DNA of 64,000 nt from an uncultured Planctomycetia bacterium (GTDB lineage: Bacteria; Omnitrophota; Gorgyraeia; 2-01-FULL-45-10; JAHFGN01). The stretch is taken from contig CAYHAE010000001.1 in the NCBI GenBank assembly GCA_964354545.1, positions 364 through 64,363 of the forward strand, written 5' to 3'. This document shows, piece after piece, positions 30,276 through 40,151 of the stretch; position 1 is the stretch's first letter; each line of letters starts with the position of its first letter. The notes under the pieces were generated by a model. That model saw only the letters and a program-made list of their open reading frames with translations. It was not told the DNA's origin and did not search any database. Made by a program: the position numbers and the translations under genes.

Positions 30276-30304
30276 TTGACAATCTCCGATATTTATGATA
30301 GATT
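30276..30304 (+). promoter_or_regulatory. sigma70-type promoter upstream of pilM leader
   Basis: TTGACA-17 bp-TAGATT. Confidence 0.6.
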
Positions 30305-30424
30305 TGATATAATATTATAATATTAGGTATGTACCCTTTATGAGATGGTTTGACTAATTGGAGGAAGATGCGGTTTAGAAGGCAAGGTATCATTTTGACC
30401 GGATGCCTGTTTATAACGGTATGT

Positions 30425-30461
30425 AAAGCACCCTTCTCATTTGTGCGCGGGGTGCTTTTTT
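30425..30461 (+). terminator. Terminator-like hairpin in pilM leader
   Basis: aaagcaccc...gggtgctttttt. Confidence 0.65.
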
Positions 30462-30555
30462 CATGTCTCGTCCGGCGCGTATGTATGAGCCCTGCGCCTC
30501 ATTTCGATACTTTTAACCCAGAAGACCTGCCTTACGCTCTACCGAGAGGGATAAT

Positions 30556-31563
30556 ATGCCGAAAGCAAGGGTAGAGAAAAAACTGGGTATCGATATCGGA
30601 AGCTACGCCATAAAGTTGGTCGAACTTCACTTGTCCAAGGATGAGAACAGGGTCGCCAGCATTGGAATTAAAAGGATCGAGAACAGCTCCCCGGAAGCCC
30701 TAGCAGGAAAGGTGAGGGAGCTCTGCGAGGAATCAAAAGTGAAGACGAGGGACGTGAGCCTGTCTGTCTCCGGCCCGCAGGTTATCACGCGGCTCATTAC
30801 AATGCCGACAATGTCCGACTCGGAAATGAAGAATGCGCTCGTGTTCGAAGTCGAGAAGACCATCCCCTTTAGTCCCGAAGAGGTTATCTACGATTACCAG
30901 GTGCTCGAGCGAGGGAAAGAGAAGAAGATGGACGTCCTGCTCACGGCGGTCAAGAGAGATTACGTGCAAAAGTACATCCAGATCGCCCAGTCGAGCGACC
31001 TGAGCCTTCGCGTCGTGGACGTGGACTCCCTTGCGCTCGCAAATGCGTTCGTGAAAAACTCCGAAGGCTCCCTCGACCAGAATAAGACGGTCGCGCTTCT
31101 CAATATCGGCGACAGATATACGAACCTCGACATATTGCGCGGAGGGGTCTTGAGCTTCTCCAGGGATATACAGATAGGAGGGCGCGATGTCAATGAGTCC
31201 ATTGCGCGGATACTGAACGTCGACAGCAAGGGCGCGGAAAAGCTGAAGTTCGACCCCAAGGAGCGCGCGGACGAAATAGGCCTTCCCATTAGAATGGTGT
31301 TGGCCAATCTGGCTGACGAGCTGAGGCTGTCATTTGGGTATTTCGAGAATAGATTCGGGAGGAACGTCGATGACCTGTATCTCTCCGGAGGGTCATGCGG
31401 CCTGCTCGGCGTGACCGAATACCTCGAGGAGAACCTTGGGCTCAAGGCGAAGGTGTGGGACCCCCTCAAGGCGTTTAGCATAGATCAGGAAAACGTAGGA
31501 AAAGCACTCTCGAACGAGATGAGGCGCAGCCTCGCGGTGAGCGTGGGGCTTGCCCTGAGATAA
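30556..31563 (+). CDS. pilM: Type IV pilus alignment protein PilM
   Basis: LGIDIGSYAIKLVEL, EEVIYDYQ, VDVDSLALAN, LNIGD, LSGGS, VSVGLALR. Confidence 0.95.
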   Translation: MPKARVEKKLGIDIGSYAIKLVELHLSKDENRVASIGIKRIENSSPEALAGKVRELCEESKVKTRDVSLSVSGPQVITRLITMPTMSDSEMKNALVFEVEKTIPFSPEEVIYDYQVLERGKEKKMDVLLTAVKRDYVQKYIQIAQSSDLSLRVVDVDSLALANAFVKNSEGSLDQNKTVALLNIGDRYTNLDILRGGVLSFSRDIQIGGRDVNESIARILNVDSKGAEKLKFDPKERADEIGLPIRMVLANLADELRLSFGYFENRFGRNVDDLYLSGGSCGLLGVTEYLEENLGLKAKVWDPLKAFSIDQENVGKALSNEMRRSLAVSVGLALR

Positions 31564-31566
31564 CGT

Positions 31567-32289
31567 ATGAACCTAGAGATCAACCTTCTACCGAAAGAGT
31601 TAAGGCCGCGCAAGAAGATACAGCTCCCGCCGATTGCGTTAAAGATCTTCGGCATCTCCAACGTCCGGCCGATCGTCTTGGTGGCGTGGCTCATCGCGAT
31701 CCTTTTTACGCTGCAGATGCTGTTCTCTGCGCTTCAGGTGGTCCAGAGGTCACGCCTCGGCGCCTTGCAGAACAGGTTCTCGAAGCTCAGCCGCGAGAAG
31801 GGCGAGGTGGACGCGATAAAAAAGCAGATCGCGAGCATCACCCAAAAGGTCGCCTCTGTCGGCGAAGGGATACAAAGGCCCTTCAGCCTCGCCGAGAAGC
31901 TCAACGCGATAAGCGATGCCGTCGTGTCGGGGATGTGGCTGACGCAGCTCGCATACGACGAGAAGACTGCCGAGGTGGAGGTTGCGCCGAGCACAGCGGG
32001 CGGGGCAGGCATGAAAAGAGCGCCCGGCGCCAAGGCGGCGCCCGCTAAGCCAACCATAAAACGAGTGACCACGCGGACACTCTCTCTTTCAGGCTATGTC
32101 TACAGCGCGGGCGAGGACTCGACCGCATACCTCAATAGATTTATCGACAACCTGAAAAAGAACGAGGGCTTTTATTTTGATTTCAACAATATAGCGGTGG
32201 TGGAGAACAGGGTCGAGTTTCTCCAATTGGAGAAAGGGGAAGGGCAGGAAGTCACCGCGTTCAGTATCGTCTGCCAGTTCAGGCAATAA
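31567..32289 (+). CDS. pilN: Type IV pilus alignment protein PilN
   Basis: INLLP motif, TM, coiled coil, MWLT, FIDNLK. Confidence 0.88.
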   Translation: MNLEINLLPKELRPRKKIQLPPIALKIFGISNVRPIVLVAWLIAILFTLQMLFSALQVVQRSRLGALQNRFSKLSREKGEVDAIKKQIASITQKVASVGEGIQRPFSLAEKLNAISDAVVSGMWLTQLAYDEKTAEVEVAPSTAGGAGMKRAPGAKAAPAKPTIKRVTTRTLSLSGYVYSAGEDSTAYLNRFIDNLKKNEGFYFDFNNIAVVENRVEFLQLEKGEGQEVTAFSIVCQFRQ

Positions 32290-32412
32290 CAGGGCAGGCG
32301 CTGTCCGTCATACGAAAGGCGCAGTCCCGCCCTTTTGGGATGCAGGGTTAATACATTATCCAAAAGGGTGGGACGTCCTGCAAGAGGCTATAGAGCAAAG
32401 GACAGCACATCG

Positions 32413-33012
32413 GTGAACATACCGTTTCTTGAAGAACTTCTGAAAGATAACGAAAAGAGGGCGATCCTCGTGCTCGCGGTCCTCGCTGCGGTGCTCATCG
32501 CGTATCTTTTGTTCGTAGCGGTACCCCAATTGAGAGACCTGATACTCGTGTCGAGCGAGTTCGTCACGCTGGAAAAGGAGATGCGCTCCACCGAACAAGA
32601 GATACAGAAGACGGCATATTACCAGAAGACGTTGAATGAATTGAAAGAAAAGTTTTCTCAATATCAGACGTACCTTTTGGGGCACGAGGGAGAAATACCG
32701 GTTCTCATGGAGAAGGTCTCTCGCATGGCGCGGGAATCGGGAGTGAAGATATTGGGTATCAAACCCGTGAACGTACAGGAAGGGCCTGCGGAGGCGAGGG
32801 GAGCGCTTTGCAGGGAGATCTCGATACTTACGGTCGCGCGGTCGGGATATCATGAGCTCGGCACATTCGTGAACCACATTGAGAGCGCGGATATTTTTTT
32901 GAGGGTTGCGGACCTCAGGTTAAGGTTCAATAAGACTTCCCCTAAGAAACACGACGTGAGCCTCTCGATCGTTTCCTATTTGTTCATGGGGGGAAAGGGT
33001 GGTCTTGAGTAA
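32413..33012 (+). CDS. pilO: Type IV pilus alignment protein PilO (start approximate)
   Basis: TM, coiled coil, EIPVLMEKVS..ESGV, GYHELGTFVNHIES. Confidence 0.88.
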   Translation: MNIPFLEELLKDNEKRAILVLAVLAAVLIAYLLFVAVPQLRDLILVSSEFVTLEKEMRSTEQEIQKTAYYQKTLNELKEKFSQYQTYLLGHEGEIPVLMEKVSRMARESGVKILGIKPVNVQEGPAEARGALCREISILTVARSGYHELGTFVNHIESADIFLRVADLRLRFNKTSPKKHDVSLSIVSYLFMGGKGGLE

Positions 33013-33370
33013 GATCATTGCCGCAGGGTGCGTAGTCCTTCTCGTGGTATGTGTTGCGTATGGAGATGCGCGTGGAGAGGGTACCTTTGCGTACAATTCG
33101 AAGGGGAAGAGAGATCCGTTCATGCCCTTGTTAGGGCATGAACGTCAGGCGGGATCTCCGGAAGACATATCCACGATCGACGATGTGAAGTTGGAAGGCA
33201 TAGCGGTACAGTCGGAAGGTAAGCGGATCGCGATCATAAACGGTATCGTCGCGAAAGAGGGAGACAAGATCGGCGCCCTGCAGGTGAATAAGATTTCGCC
33301 GAAGAAAGTACAGGTCGTCATAGACGGACGTGACTATGAATTGGCCCTGGCAGAGAAAGAGGCTAGGTAG
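32999..33370 (+). CDS. pilP: PilP-like protein
   Basis: KRDPFMP motif, VKLEGI, AIINGIVAKEGD; position between pilO and pilQ. Confidence 0.75.
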   Translation: MVLSKIIAAGCVVLLVVCVAYGDARGEGTFAYNSKGKRDPFMPLLGHERQAGSPEDISTIDDVKLEGIAVQSEGKRIAIINGIVAKEGDKIGALQVNKISPKKVQVVIDGRDYELALAEKEAR

Positions 33371-33383
33371 GAGGTGGAATGCG

Positions 33384-35129
33384 GTGAATAGAAAAAATTT
33401 CGTCAAGTACATCGTGGCAATCTGTCTTGTATGTTCGATGTCGAGCCTATCGGCACAGGAGGCGGCCGTTAAAGAGCAGAGGAAGGCCGAACCTCCGGGT
33501 CAGCCGGTCGAGGGCTCGAAGCTAGGCGTTGCGCCGTCTCAGCCTGGCGGCCCGGCGAGCGCAGCGGGTACAGCGGGCACGGCGAGCACGACAGCCATCC
33601 AGGACACGGGTCAGGCGGGCGAAGCGGGCGAGGAACCGAAAGAGGAGGTAGCCCCGCTTGAACCCGGGAATATCACGGTAAATTTCAAAGGTGCCGACAT
33701 GAGGACGGTATTGAACTATATCGCAGAGGTCGCGGGGATCGATATAGTTCCGGCTCCTGACGTGAAGGGGCCCGTGGACGTACGACTCACCAATAAGCCC
33801 TGGAAGGTAGCGCTCGATATAATCCTGAGGAATTACGGATACGCGTACGAAGAGACCAGCGGCATCATACGCGTTGACACCATCTCTCGGTTGAGAGAGC
33901 AGGAGCCCATCACCCAGACCTATAGCCTCGATTACGCAAGCGCAAAAACGATCGCGGGCGGAATGAAAGACGACAAGAACCTCCCCATCCCGGGCGCGAT
34001 AAAGGACATCCTGAGCGAGAAGGGGAAGATCGCTTTTGACGATAGGACGAACATACTGGTGGTGACCGACGTCCCCTCGAAGATCGATAAGATAAATCAG
34101 GTCATTAAAGACCTCGACGCCGAGACGCCGCAGGTGTTGATCGAGGCCAAGGTCATCGAGACGCAGCTCGAGAAGAACGAGACGATGGGGATCGATTGGA
34201 CCATAAGCGCAACCGTGGCGGGAGCCCAAAGGCCGACGACGATACCTTTCTTAAGCTGGCAAAATCCGCTCGCGCCGCTTGGCGTGAAATTTGACGAGAA
34301 GACGTGGCTGCCTCAGGGAGGTCCCGCCGCCAACTCTGCGAGCACGACACTCCTCTTTCCATCGGGCCCCAGAGACGGCTCTTTTGGATTTCCCTACGCG
34401 TTGCCGGCGGACTTTACGTATGGGACGCTCGACTTTACCTCATTCCAGGCCGTGTTGCAGATGCTGAAGAACAGGACCCGGACAGAGGTCATCTCTGATC
34501 CAAGGGTGGCGACTCTCAACAATAAGCCGGCGTACATAAACGTCGGTGAGACGTTCAACTTTCCGCTGTATGAGCGGAATATGGCGACAGGCAGGATGGA
34601 GATCATCGGATATAGAGCGGAAGACCACGGCATAAAATTGAACGTCACGCCGCACATCAATACGAAAAACGAGATCTGGGTCGAGCTGGCGCCCGAGATA
34701 AGCGAGTTCAAGCGATACGATACGCTCGATGCGGCAAGCGGGATCAAGGCGCCCGTCTTCTCAAAGAGAAAGGCGACGACCCAGGTGCTGGTCAGGGACG
34801 GCGATACGATATTCATCGGAGGCATCATCAAGGAGAACAACACATTCTTTAAGAGCAAGATGCCTATCCTCGGGGACCTCTTCGGAGACATTCCCTACAT
34901 AGGCGGTCTCTTTTCGCAAAAGGCTGACGTCGTGACAAAGGTGGAGCTCATCTTCTTCATAACAGTTCGCGTGTTGGCGCATGACAAAACGCTCAAGGGG
35001 GTGCCGGACAACGCGAGAGCGTATTCGCCTACCTTTTCACTCTATGAGAACTATCACGATCAGGATAGACAAAAGGATAAGAATAATAATAATAAGAATA
35101 ACAATAAGAAGAAGAAAAGGCAAAAATAG
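33384..35129 (+). CDS. pilQ: Type IV pilus secretin
   Basis: Signal peptide, ITVNFKGAD N0 domain, DDRTNILVV, QVLIEAKVIE, GIDW, GIKLNVTPHI, PILGD..PYIGGLF. Confidence 0.93.
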   Translation: MNRKNFVKYIVAICLVCSMSSLSAQEAAVKEQRKAEPPGQPVEGSKLGVAPSQPGGPASAAGTAGTASTTAIQDTGQAGEAGEEPKEEVAPLEPGNITVNFKGADMRTVLNYIAEVAGIDIVPAPDVKGPVDVRLTNKPWKVALDIILRNYGYAYEETSGIIRVDTISRLREQEPITQTYSLDYASAKTIAGGMKDDKNLPIPGAIKDILSEKGKIAFDDRTNILVVTDVPSKIDKINQVIKDLDAETPQVLIEAKVIETQLEKNETMGIDWTISATVAGAQRPTTIPFLSWQNPLAPLGVKFDEKTWLPQGGPAANSASTTLLFPSGPRDGSFGFPYALPADFTYGTLDFTSFQAVLQMLKNRTRTEVISDPRVATLNNKPAYINVGETFNFPLYERNMATGRMEIIGYRAEDHGIKLNVTPHINTKNEIWVELAPEISEFKRYDTLDAASGIKAPVFSKRKATTQVLVRDGDTIFIGGIIKENNTFFKSKMPILGDLFGDIPYIGGLFSQKADVVTKVELIFFITVRVLAHDKTLKGVPDNARAYSPTFSLYENYHDQDRQKDKNNNNKNNNKKKKRQK

Positions 35130-35131
35130 GA

Positions 35132-35434
35132 GTGGGTAGAAGGCTCGGGGCGACGTTCTCGAAAAAAGGCGCGATGGTCTTTATCTCCCACCTCGATCTC
35201 ATGAGATTGTTTGCGCGCGCATCGAGGAGGGCCGGGCTACCTGTAAGTCTCACCAAGGGCTACAATCCCCATCCGAGGATAAGCATCACAAAGGCGCTCA
35301 AGCTTGGAGTCGAGAGCGATTCGCTCGAAGTTGTTTTTTATCTGGATTCAGAGATCGACGCCGCTGAATTCAGGAAGAGGATGAACGCGGAGCTGCCGGG
35401 CGGGGTGGAGATCAAAGATGTCGTCGAATCGTGA
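35132..35434 (+). CDS. TIGR03936/DUF2344 radical-SAM-linked protein (short form)
   Basis: FSKKG..FISHLDLMRLFARASRRAGLP..GYNPHPRIS..ALKLGVES. Confidence 0.85.
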   Translation: MGRRLGATFSKKGAMVFISHLDLMRLFARASRRAGLPVSLTKGYNPHPRISITKALKLGVESDSLEVVFYLDSEIDAAEFRKRMNAELPGGVEIKDVVES

Positions 35435-35454
35435 AAGAGGCTGCTGAATTACAC

Positions 35455-35545
35455 TGTGCTGATGTTGATGCGCAGATGCTCTTAAGATATGTGATCATCT
35501 GTGAAGGCACTCGCATGCACGGGATCAGCGCAGAACTGTGCACCG
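35455..35545. repeat. Degenerate ~10-bp-period CRCAGAT/ATCTGYG motif cluster
   Basis: gcgcagatg; atatgtgatc atctgtg; atcagcgcag aactgtg; related clusters at 37116, 50868, 57788. Confidence 0.5.
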
Positions 35546-35585
35546 CAATGTGAGCATAATTTCATAAACCATCCGAAAGAGGCCC

Positions 35586-37094
35586 ATGAAGAAAGAGATA
35601 TGCATAAACGCAGATTTATTGGAAACAAGGGTGGCGGTTGTTGAAGAGAAGAAACTGGAGGAGTTCTACGTCGAGAGGCATGACGCAGATCGCCTCGTCG
35701 GAAGTTTCTATAAGGGCGTGGTAGAGAGCGTCCTCCCCGGGATGGGGGCGGCATTTGTCGAGCTGGGGCTCGATAAGAACGGTTTTCTCTACGTCTCGGA
35801 TGTCGTGAACTCTGCGGCGGGCCTCGAGGGGCTCTTGGAGCCTCTCGACGAGGATGCGGTCCAGGCGTCTCATAGAGACAGGTCCATGCCGTCGATCGCC
35901 AATCTCCTCAAGAAGGGCGATGAGGTTTTCGTCCAGATCGTAAAGGAGCCCATCGGAACGAAGGGGTCGCGGCTCACCACCCACCTGAGCCTGCCGGGCC
36001 ACTTTCTGGTCCTGATGCCCTTATCGCCGCACATAGGCGTCTCGAAGCGGATAGAGGACCCGAAGGAGCGCGACCGGATCCGGACGATACTCGAGGAGCT
36101 CAAGCTGCCGAAGAATATCGGCATCGTGGCGCGGACCGTGAGCGGGGGTGCGGACAAGTCCGAGCTTGTGCGGGAGGCGAGATACCTCCAGAGGCTCTGG
36201 CACGGCATTCAGGCGAGGGCGAGGAGGGCGAAAGCGCCGAGCGTGGTGTATGAAGAGTATGAACTCATCCTGAGGGTCGCGCGGGACATGATGACGAACG
36301 ACGTCACCCATGTCGAGATCGACGCGAAGTCCGAGTATCGCAAGTTCGTGAAGTTCTTCAACTCCTTCTCCCCGCAAATGAGGTCGAAGGTAAGGCTCTA
36401 CCGGGGGAATGTCCCGCTTTTCGAGAAATACGGGATCGAAGGCCAGATCGGCACGCTCTACGACAGGATCGTCCCGCTGAAGTCGGGGGGCTCCATCATC
36501 ATAGAGCAGACGGAGAGCCTCGTCGCGATCGATGTGAACTCGGGGAGGTTCGTGGGGAGGAAGAATTTAGAGGATACCGCGTTCAGGACGAACGTCGAGG
36601 CGACAGCCGAGATCGCGAGGCAGCTGCGCCTGCGGGATATGGGAGGCATCATCATCATCGATTTTATCGATATGGAGCAGGGGGAGCACAGGCACAGGGT
36701 CTTTAAGGCGCTCGAAGCGGCGCTCGAGAGGGACAAGGCGAAGATGAACATCCTGAAGGTCTCGAGCCTGGGCCTCGTTGAGATGACGAGGCAGCGCATG
36801 AGGAAGAGCATCGAAAGCTCCAATTACGAAAAATGTCCCTACTGCGACGGCCGGGGGATGATAAAATCAGCGTCGACCGTCTCCGTCGAAGCCGCGCGCA
36901 GGCTGGAAAGATTTCTCGCCGGCACAAAGGCGAGGGAGGTCATCGTCTCCCTCCATCCCAATGCCGCCACATACATCTCAGACCCCAAAAAGCGCATCAT
37001 CAATTCCTTGGAGAGGAGGTACAGGGTAAGGATCAGGATCGCTGAAGATCGAAACCTCCACGTAGAAGACGTAAAGATAGATGTGGCGCGCTGA
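35586..37094 (+). CDS. rng: Ribonuclease G (Rne/Rng family)
   Basis: YKGVVESVLPGMGAAFV, QIVKEPIGTKG, AIDVNSG, RQLRLRDMGGIIIIDFIDM, CPYCDG. Confidence 0.95.
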   Translation: MKKEICINADLLETRVAVVEEKKLEEFYVERHDADRLVGSFYKGVVESVLPGMGAAFVELGLDKNGFLYVSDVVNSAAGLEGLLEPLDEDAVQASHRDRSMPSIANLLKKGDEVFVQIVKEPIGTKGSRLTTHLSLPGHFLVLMPLSPHIGVSKRIEDPKERDRIRTILEELKLPKNIGIVARTVSGGADKSELVREARYLQRLWHGIQARARRAKAPSVVYEEYELILRVARDMMTNDVTHVEIDAKSEYRKFVKFFNSFSPQMRSKVRLYRGNVPLFEKYGIEGQIGTLYDRIVPLKSGGSIIIEQTESLVAIDVNSGRFVGRKNLEDTAFRTNVEATAEIARQLRLRDMGGIIIIDFIDMEQGEHRHRVFKALEAALERDKAKMNILKVSSLGLVEMTRQRMRKSIESSNYEKCPYCDGRGMIKSASTVSVEAARRLERFLAGTKAREVIVSLHPNAATYISDPKKRIINSLERRYRVRIRIAEDRNLHVEDVKIDVAR

Positions 37095-37115
37095 CATTAT
37101 GGAAAAGGACTTCCT

Positions 37116-37185
37116 GCACAGATGATCGCTGATCGAGCGTGAACATGAATGTGACATACGATCCGCGACGATCCGTGTGTCGGAT
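37116..37185. repeat. Inverted ~10-bp-period motif pairs
   Basis: gcacagatga tcgctgatcg ... gatccgcgac gatccgtgtg. Confidence 0.5.
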
Positions 37186-37222
37186 AATCATGGCACGCGC
37201 CGGCGAGATCCGCCGCAAGGCC

Positions 37223-37252
37223 TTGACACAGCGTCATGGGCTGTGGTATAGT
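37223..37252 (+). promoter_or_regulatory. sigma70-type promoter of rplU-rpmA-obg
   Basis: TTGACA-18 bp-TATAGT. Confidence 0.65.
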
Positions 37253-37379
37253 ACTTCCCCTGGCACCGCATCACCTGTTCTTGGATATATATCAACACCA
37301 TGAGTGCCGCTGTCAGCAGTAACAATCCTTCTTATGGTTTATGCTTTAGGTTTCCTCAGCATCGTATGTGGAGGTGAAT

Positions 37380-37697
37380 GTGTACGCGATTGTAGTGACG
37401 GGTTCCAAGCAGTATAAGGTTGAGAAAGGCGACATCATCCGCGTGGAGATGCTCGATGCGAAAAAGGGCGATGAGGTGAAATTGGACAAGGTGCTTCTCG
37501 CGAAAGAGGGCAATTCAGTCCGCGTAGGGGACCCTTATGTGAAGGAGGCGTGTGTCGTGTGCGAAGCCCTGGGGTCCGAAAAGCAGCCCAAGGTCATCAT
37601 GTACATGTATAAGAGGCGAAAGAGCGAGAAGAAGAAGATAGGCCATAGGCAGGAGCTCATCAAATTGAAGGTGAAGTCCATAGAGATAGGCGGGTGA
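37380..37697 (+). CDS. rplU: 50S ribosomal protein bL21
   Basis: YAIVVTGSKQYKV, VGDPYV, YKRRK..KKIGHRQ; GGAGGTG RBS. Confidence 0.97.
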   Translation: MYAIVVTGSKQYKVEKGDIIRVEMLDAKKGDEVKLDKVLLAKEGNSVRVGDPYVKEACVVCEALGSEKQPKVIMYMYKRRKSEKKKIGHRQELIKLKVKSIEIGG

Positions 37698-37706
37698 TAA
37701 TACGAT

Positions 37707-38003
37707 ATGGGAAAAGGTTCATCGAGCGGCAAAAATAACAGGGAATCCTGTGCGCAGCGCCTGGGAGTGAAGCGCTATGGCGGCACGCTGGTCAAGGTCG
37801 GACAGATCATAGTGAGGCAGCGGGGCGCACATTTCAAACCCGGCAGGGGAGTCGCCCGCGCAAAAGACGACACGTTGTTTGCACTCATCGAAGGCGCGGT
37901 CACTTTCAGTCACAGAAAGACAGTGAGCATCGCACCGCAGCCTGCCCCTGCCTGCCGCACCGCCGGAGATGGCAGGGCAGGCAAGGATCCATTACGTGCG
38001 TAG
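37707..38003 (+). CDS. rpmA: 50S ribosomal protein bL27 (atypical termini)
   Basis: [27 protein letters not shown]. Confidence 0.93.
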   Translation: MGKGSSSGKNNRESCAQRLGVKRYGGTLVKVGQIIVRQRGAHFKPGRGVARAKDDTLFALIEGAVTFSHRKTVSIAPQPAPACRTAGDGRAGKDPLRA

Positions 38004-38060
38004 GCTGCGCGCGCGAGAGCTGTTTTCGCGCTCCGTGGCCCCCGTATCCCGAAGGCACCA

Positions 38061-39035
38061 ATGTTCATAGACCAGGTCAAAATCTATGTGAAAGCGGGAG
38101 ACGGCGGAGACGGCTGCGCGAGTCTTCACAAAGATCGATTCCACCGGTATCCGGTGCCGGACGGCGGTCCTGGCGGCAAGGGCGGGGACGTCATCATCAG
38201 GACTGACGAGAACGTCTCGACCCTCCTGGACCTTCATTTTCAGCAGCACCCCACCGCCGAACGGGGCGGACACGGAAGCTCAAATAACAAGAAGGGTCGC
38301 AGCGGAAAAGATCTGATCGTCCATGTGCCCCGCGGGACGGTTGTGCGCGATGCGCGCGACGGGTCCCCGCTGAGAGACCTTGTGGACAATGACGATGAGG
38401 CGGTTGTCGCGAGGGGCGGAGAGGGCGGGAGAGGTAACACCGGGGGAAAGGAAGCGACAGAAGGCGAAAAGGGAGAATCGAGAGAGATCCTCTTAGAGCT
38501 CAAGCTTATCGCCGACGTTGGAATAGTAGGGTATCCGAACGCGGGCAAATCGACCCTTCTCAGCACGATATCGAGCGCGCGGCCCAAGATCGCGGACTAT
38601 CCCTTTACGACGAAAGAGCCCGTGCTTGGCGTGGTGAGGGTCTACGAAGATAGCCCTCCCATTGTCGTTGCCGATATCCCCGGCCTCATCGAAGGCGCCC
38701 ACGCAGGGAAAGGGTTAGGCGACACCTTTTTGCGGCACATAGAGAGGACCCGCCTCCTCGTACACCTCGTTGATATATCCGGCAGAGAGGGCAGAGACCC
38801 CTATTCTGATTTCTCGAAAGTCAACAGGGAACTTACGCTCTATTCGAAGGAGCTCGCGAAGAGGACGCAGGTTGTCGCCCTCAACAAGATAGACCTCCTC
38901 CCCTCGGAGGAGCGCATCAGGGAGTTCCGCGCGAAGTCGAGGAAAAAGGTTTTTCCCGTCTCGGCGCAGACCGGAGAGGGCATCGAGCGGTTGCTGCGCG
39001 CGGTATATAAAAAATTGACGCACATCACGCGATGA
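38061..39035 (+). CDS. obgE: GTPase ObgE/CgtA (no C-terminal extension)
   Basis: MFIDQVKI..GDGGDG, LELKLIADVG, GYPNAGKS, DYPFTT, DIPG, NKID. Confidence 0.97.
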   Translation: MFIDQVKIYVKAGDGGDGCASLHKDRFHRYPVPDGGPGGKGGDVIIRTDENVSTLLDLHFQQHPTAERGGHGSSNNKKGRSGKDLIVHVPRGTVVRDARDGSPLRDLVDNDDEAVVARGGEGGRGNTGGKEATEGEKGESREILLELKLIADVGIVGYPNAGKSTLLSTISSARPKIADYPFTTKEPVLGVVRVYEDSPPIVVADIPGLIEGAHAGKGLGDTFLRHIERTRLLVHLVDISGREGRDPYSDFSKVNRELTLYSKELAKRTQVVALNKIDLLPSEERIREFRAKSRKKVFPVSAQTGEGIERLLRAVYKKLTHITR

Positions 39036-40138
39036 GCAAGGCGATAAAAAGGGTTGTGGTAAAGGTCGGGACGAGGACGCTTACGTCCGGCGAGAACGCG
39101 CTCGACAAGCGCGCCATGGAAGAGATCGTCCGCCAGCTCTGCGAGCTTTTCGCAAGAGATATCGAGGCGATCCTTGTCACCTCAGCTGCGATCGCGAGCG
39201 GCATGGGCCTCCTCGGAATAAAGAAAAGGCCCCTCAAGCTCGCGACGCTCCAGGCGATGGCCGCTATAGGCCAAAGCCACCTCATGGATATCTACAGCGA
39301 ACTCTTCAATGCGCGGGGCCGCATCACCGCCCAGATGCTCCTCACCCAGGAGGATTTTAACGACCGCGCGAGGTACTTGAATATCAAGTATACCCTGAAC
39401 GAGCTCCTTGGCCACCGCACGGTCCCCATCATCAACGAAAATGATACGGTGTCGACGGAAGAGATCCGGTGCGGCGACAACGACCGCCTCTCCAGCCTCG
39501 TCGCGGATCTCGCGGACGCCGATATGCTCATCATCGTGACGGACGTCGACGGCCTCTACGGCGAAGACGGGAAGGTCGTGAGCGTGGTCGAGGAGGTCGA
39601 TGAGGCGGTGCTCAAGCTCGTGAAGGCATCCCGCTGCGACGTCTCGCGGGGAGGCATGGCTACGAAGCTCGAGGCGGCGAGGCGCGTCACGCAGGCGGGG
39701 ATAGACTGCGTCGTGGTAAATGGGCGGACGAAGGACGCGATCGTGAAGGCAGCGACCGCTGCGAGCGGAGCGAGCGGGAGCGCGGGCACTTTTTTTAAGG
39801 CACGGAAGTCCCGGCACCTTGCGCGGGAGAGGTGGATCGCCTTCTCTTCAAGGCCGAAAGGCGCACTCGTCGTAGACGCGGGAGCGAAGGACGTGCTCAT
39901 GAAGATGAACAAGAGCCTTCTGCCGTCGGGCATCATCGGCGTCGAGGGAAAGTTTGATTCGAAAGATACGGTGAGCATCGTCGATAGGTCGCTCAAGGAA
40001 TTCGCGCGGGGCATTGTGAATTATTCATCTGAGGAAGTGGAGAGGATCAGGGGAAAGAAGTCGCAGGAGATCTCCAGGACACTGGGCTATAAGGCCCGGG
40101 ACGAGGTCGTCCATAAGGATAACCTTGTCATATTATAG
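39032..40138 (+). CDS. proB: Glutamate 5-kinase with PUA domain
   Basis: VVKVGT, AAIGQ, PIINENDTV, GDNDRLS, GGMATKL. Confidence 0.97.
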   Translation: MSKAIKRVVVKVGTRTLTSGENALDKRAMEEIVRQLCELFARDIEAILVTSAAIASGMGLLGIKKRPLKLATLQAMAAIGQSHLMDIYSELFNARGRITAQMLLTQEDFNDRARYLNIKYTLNELLGHRTVPIINENDTVSTEEIRCGDNDRLSSLVADLADADMLIIVTDVDGLYGEDGKVVSVVEEVDEAVLKLVKASRCDVSRGGMATKLEAARRVTQAGIDCVVVNGRTKDAIVKAATAASGASGSAGTFFKARKSRHLARERWIAFSSRPKGALVVDAGAKDVLMKMNKSLLPSGIIGVEGKFDSKDTVSIVDRSLKEFARGIVNYSSEEVERIRGKKSQEISRTLGYKARDEVVHKDNLVIL

Positions 40139-40151
40139 AGGAGAGCGATCC

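Noticed and set aside
30350-30574. 74-aa ORF before pilM as a real protein
   Set aside because: Runs through a terminator hairpin and has no recognisable features; kept only as a possible leader uORF.
37253-37379. Ribosomal protein L21 leader RNA
   Set aside because: Only a short ggcac/gtgcc pairing is visible; insufficient to call without a covariance search.
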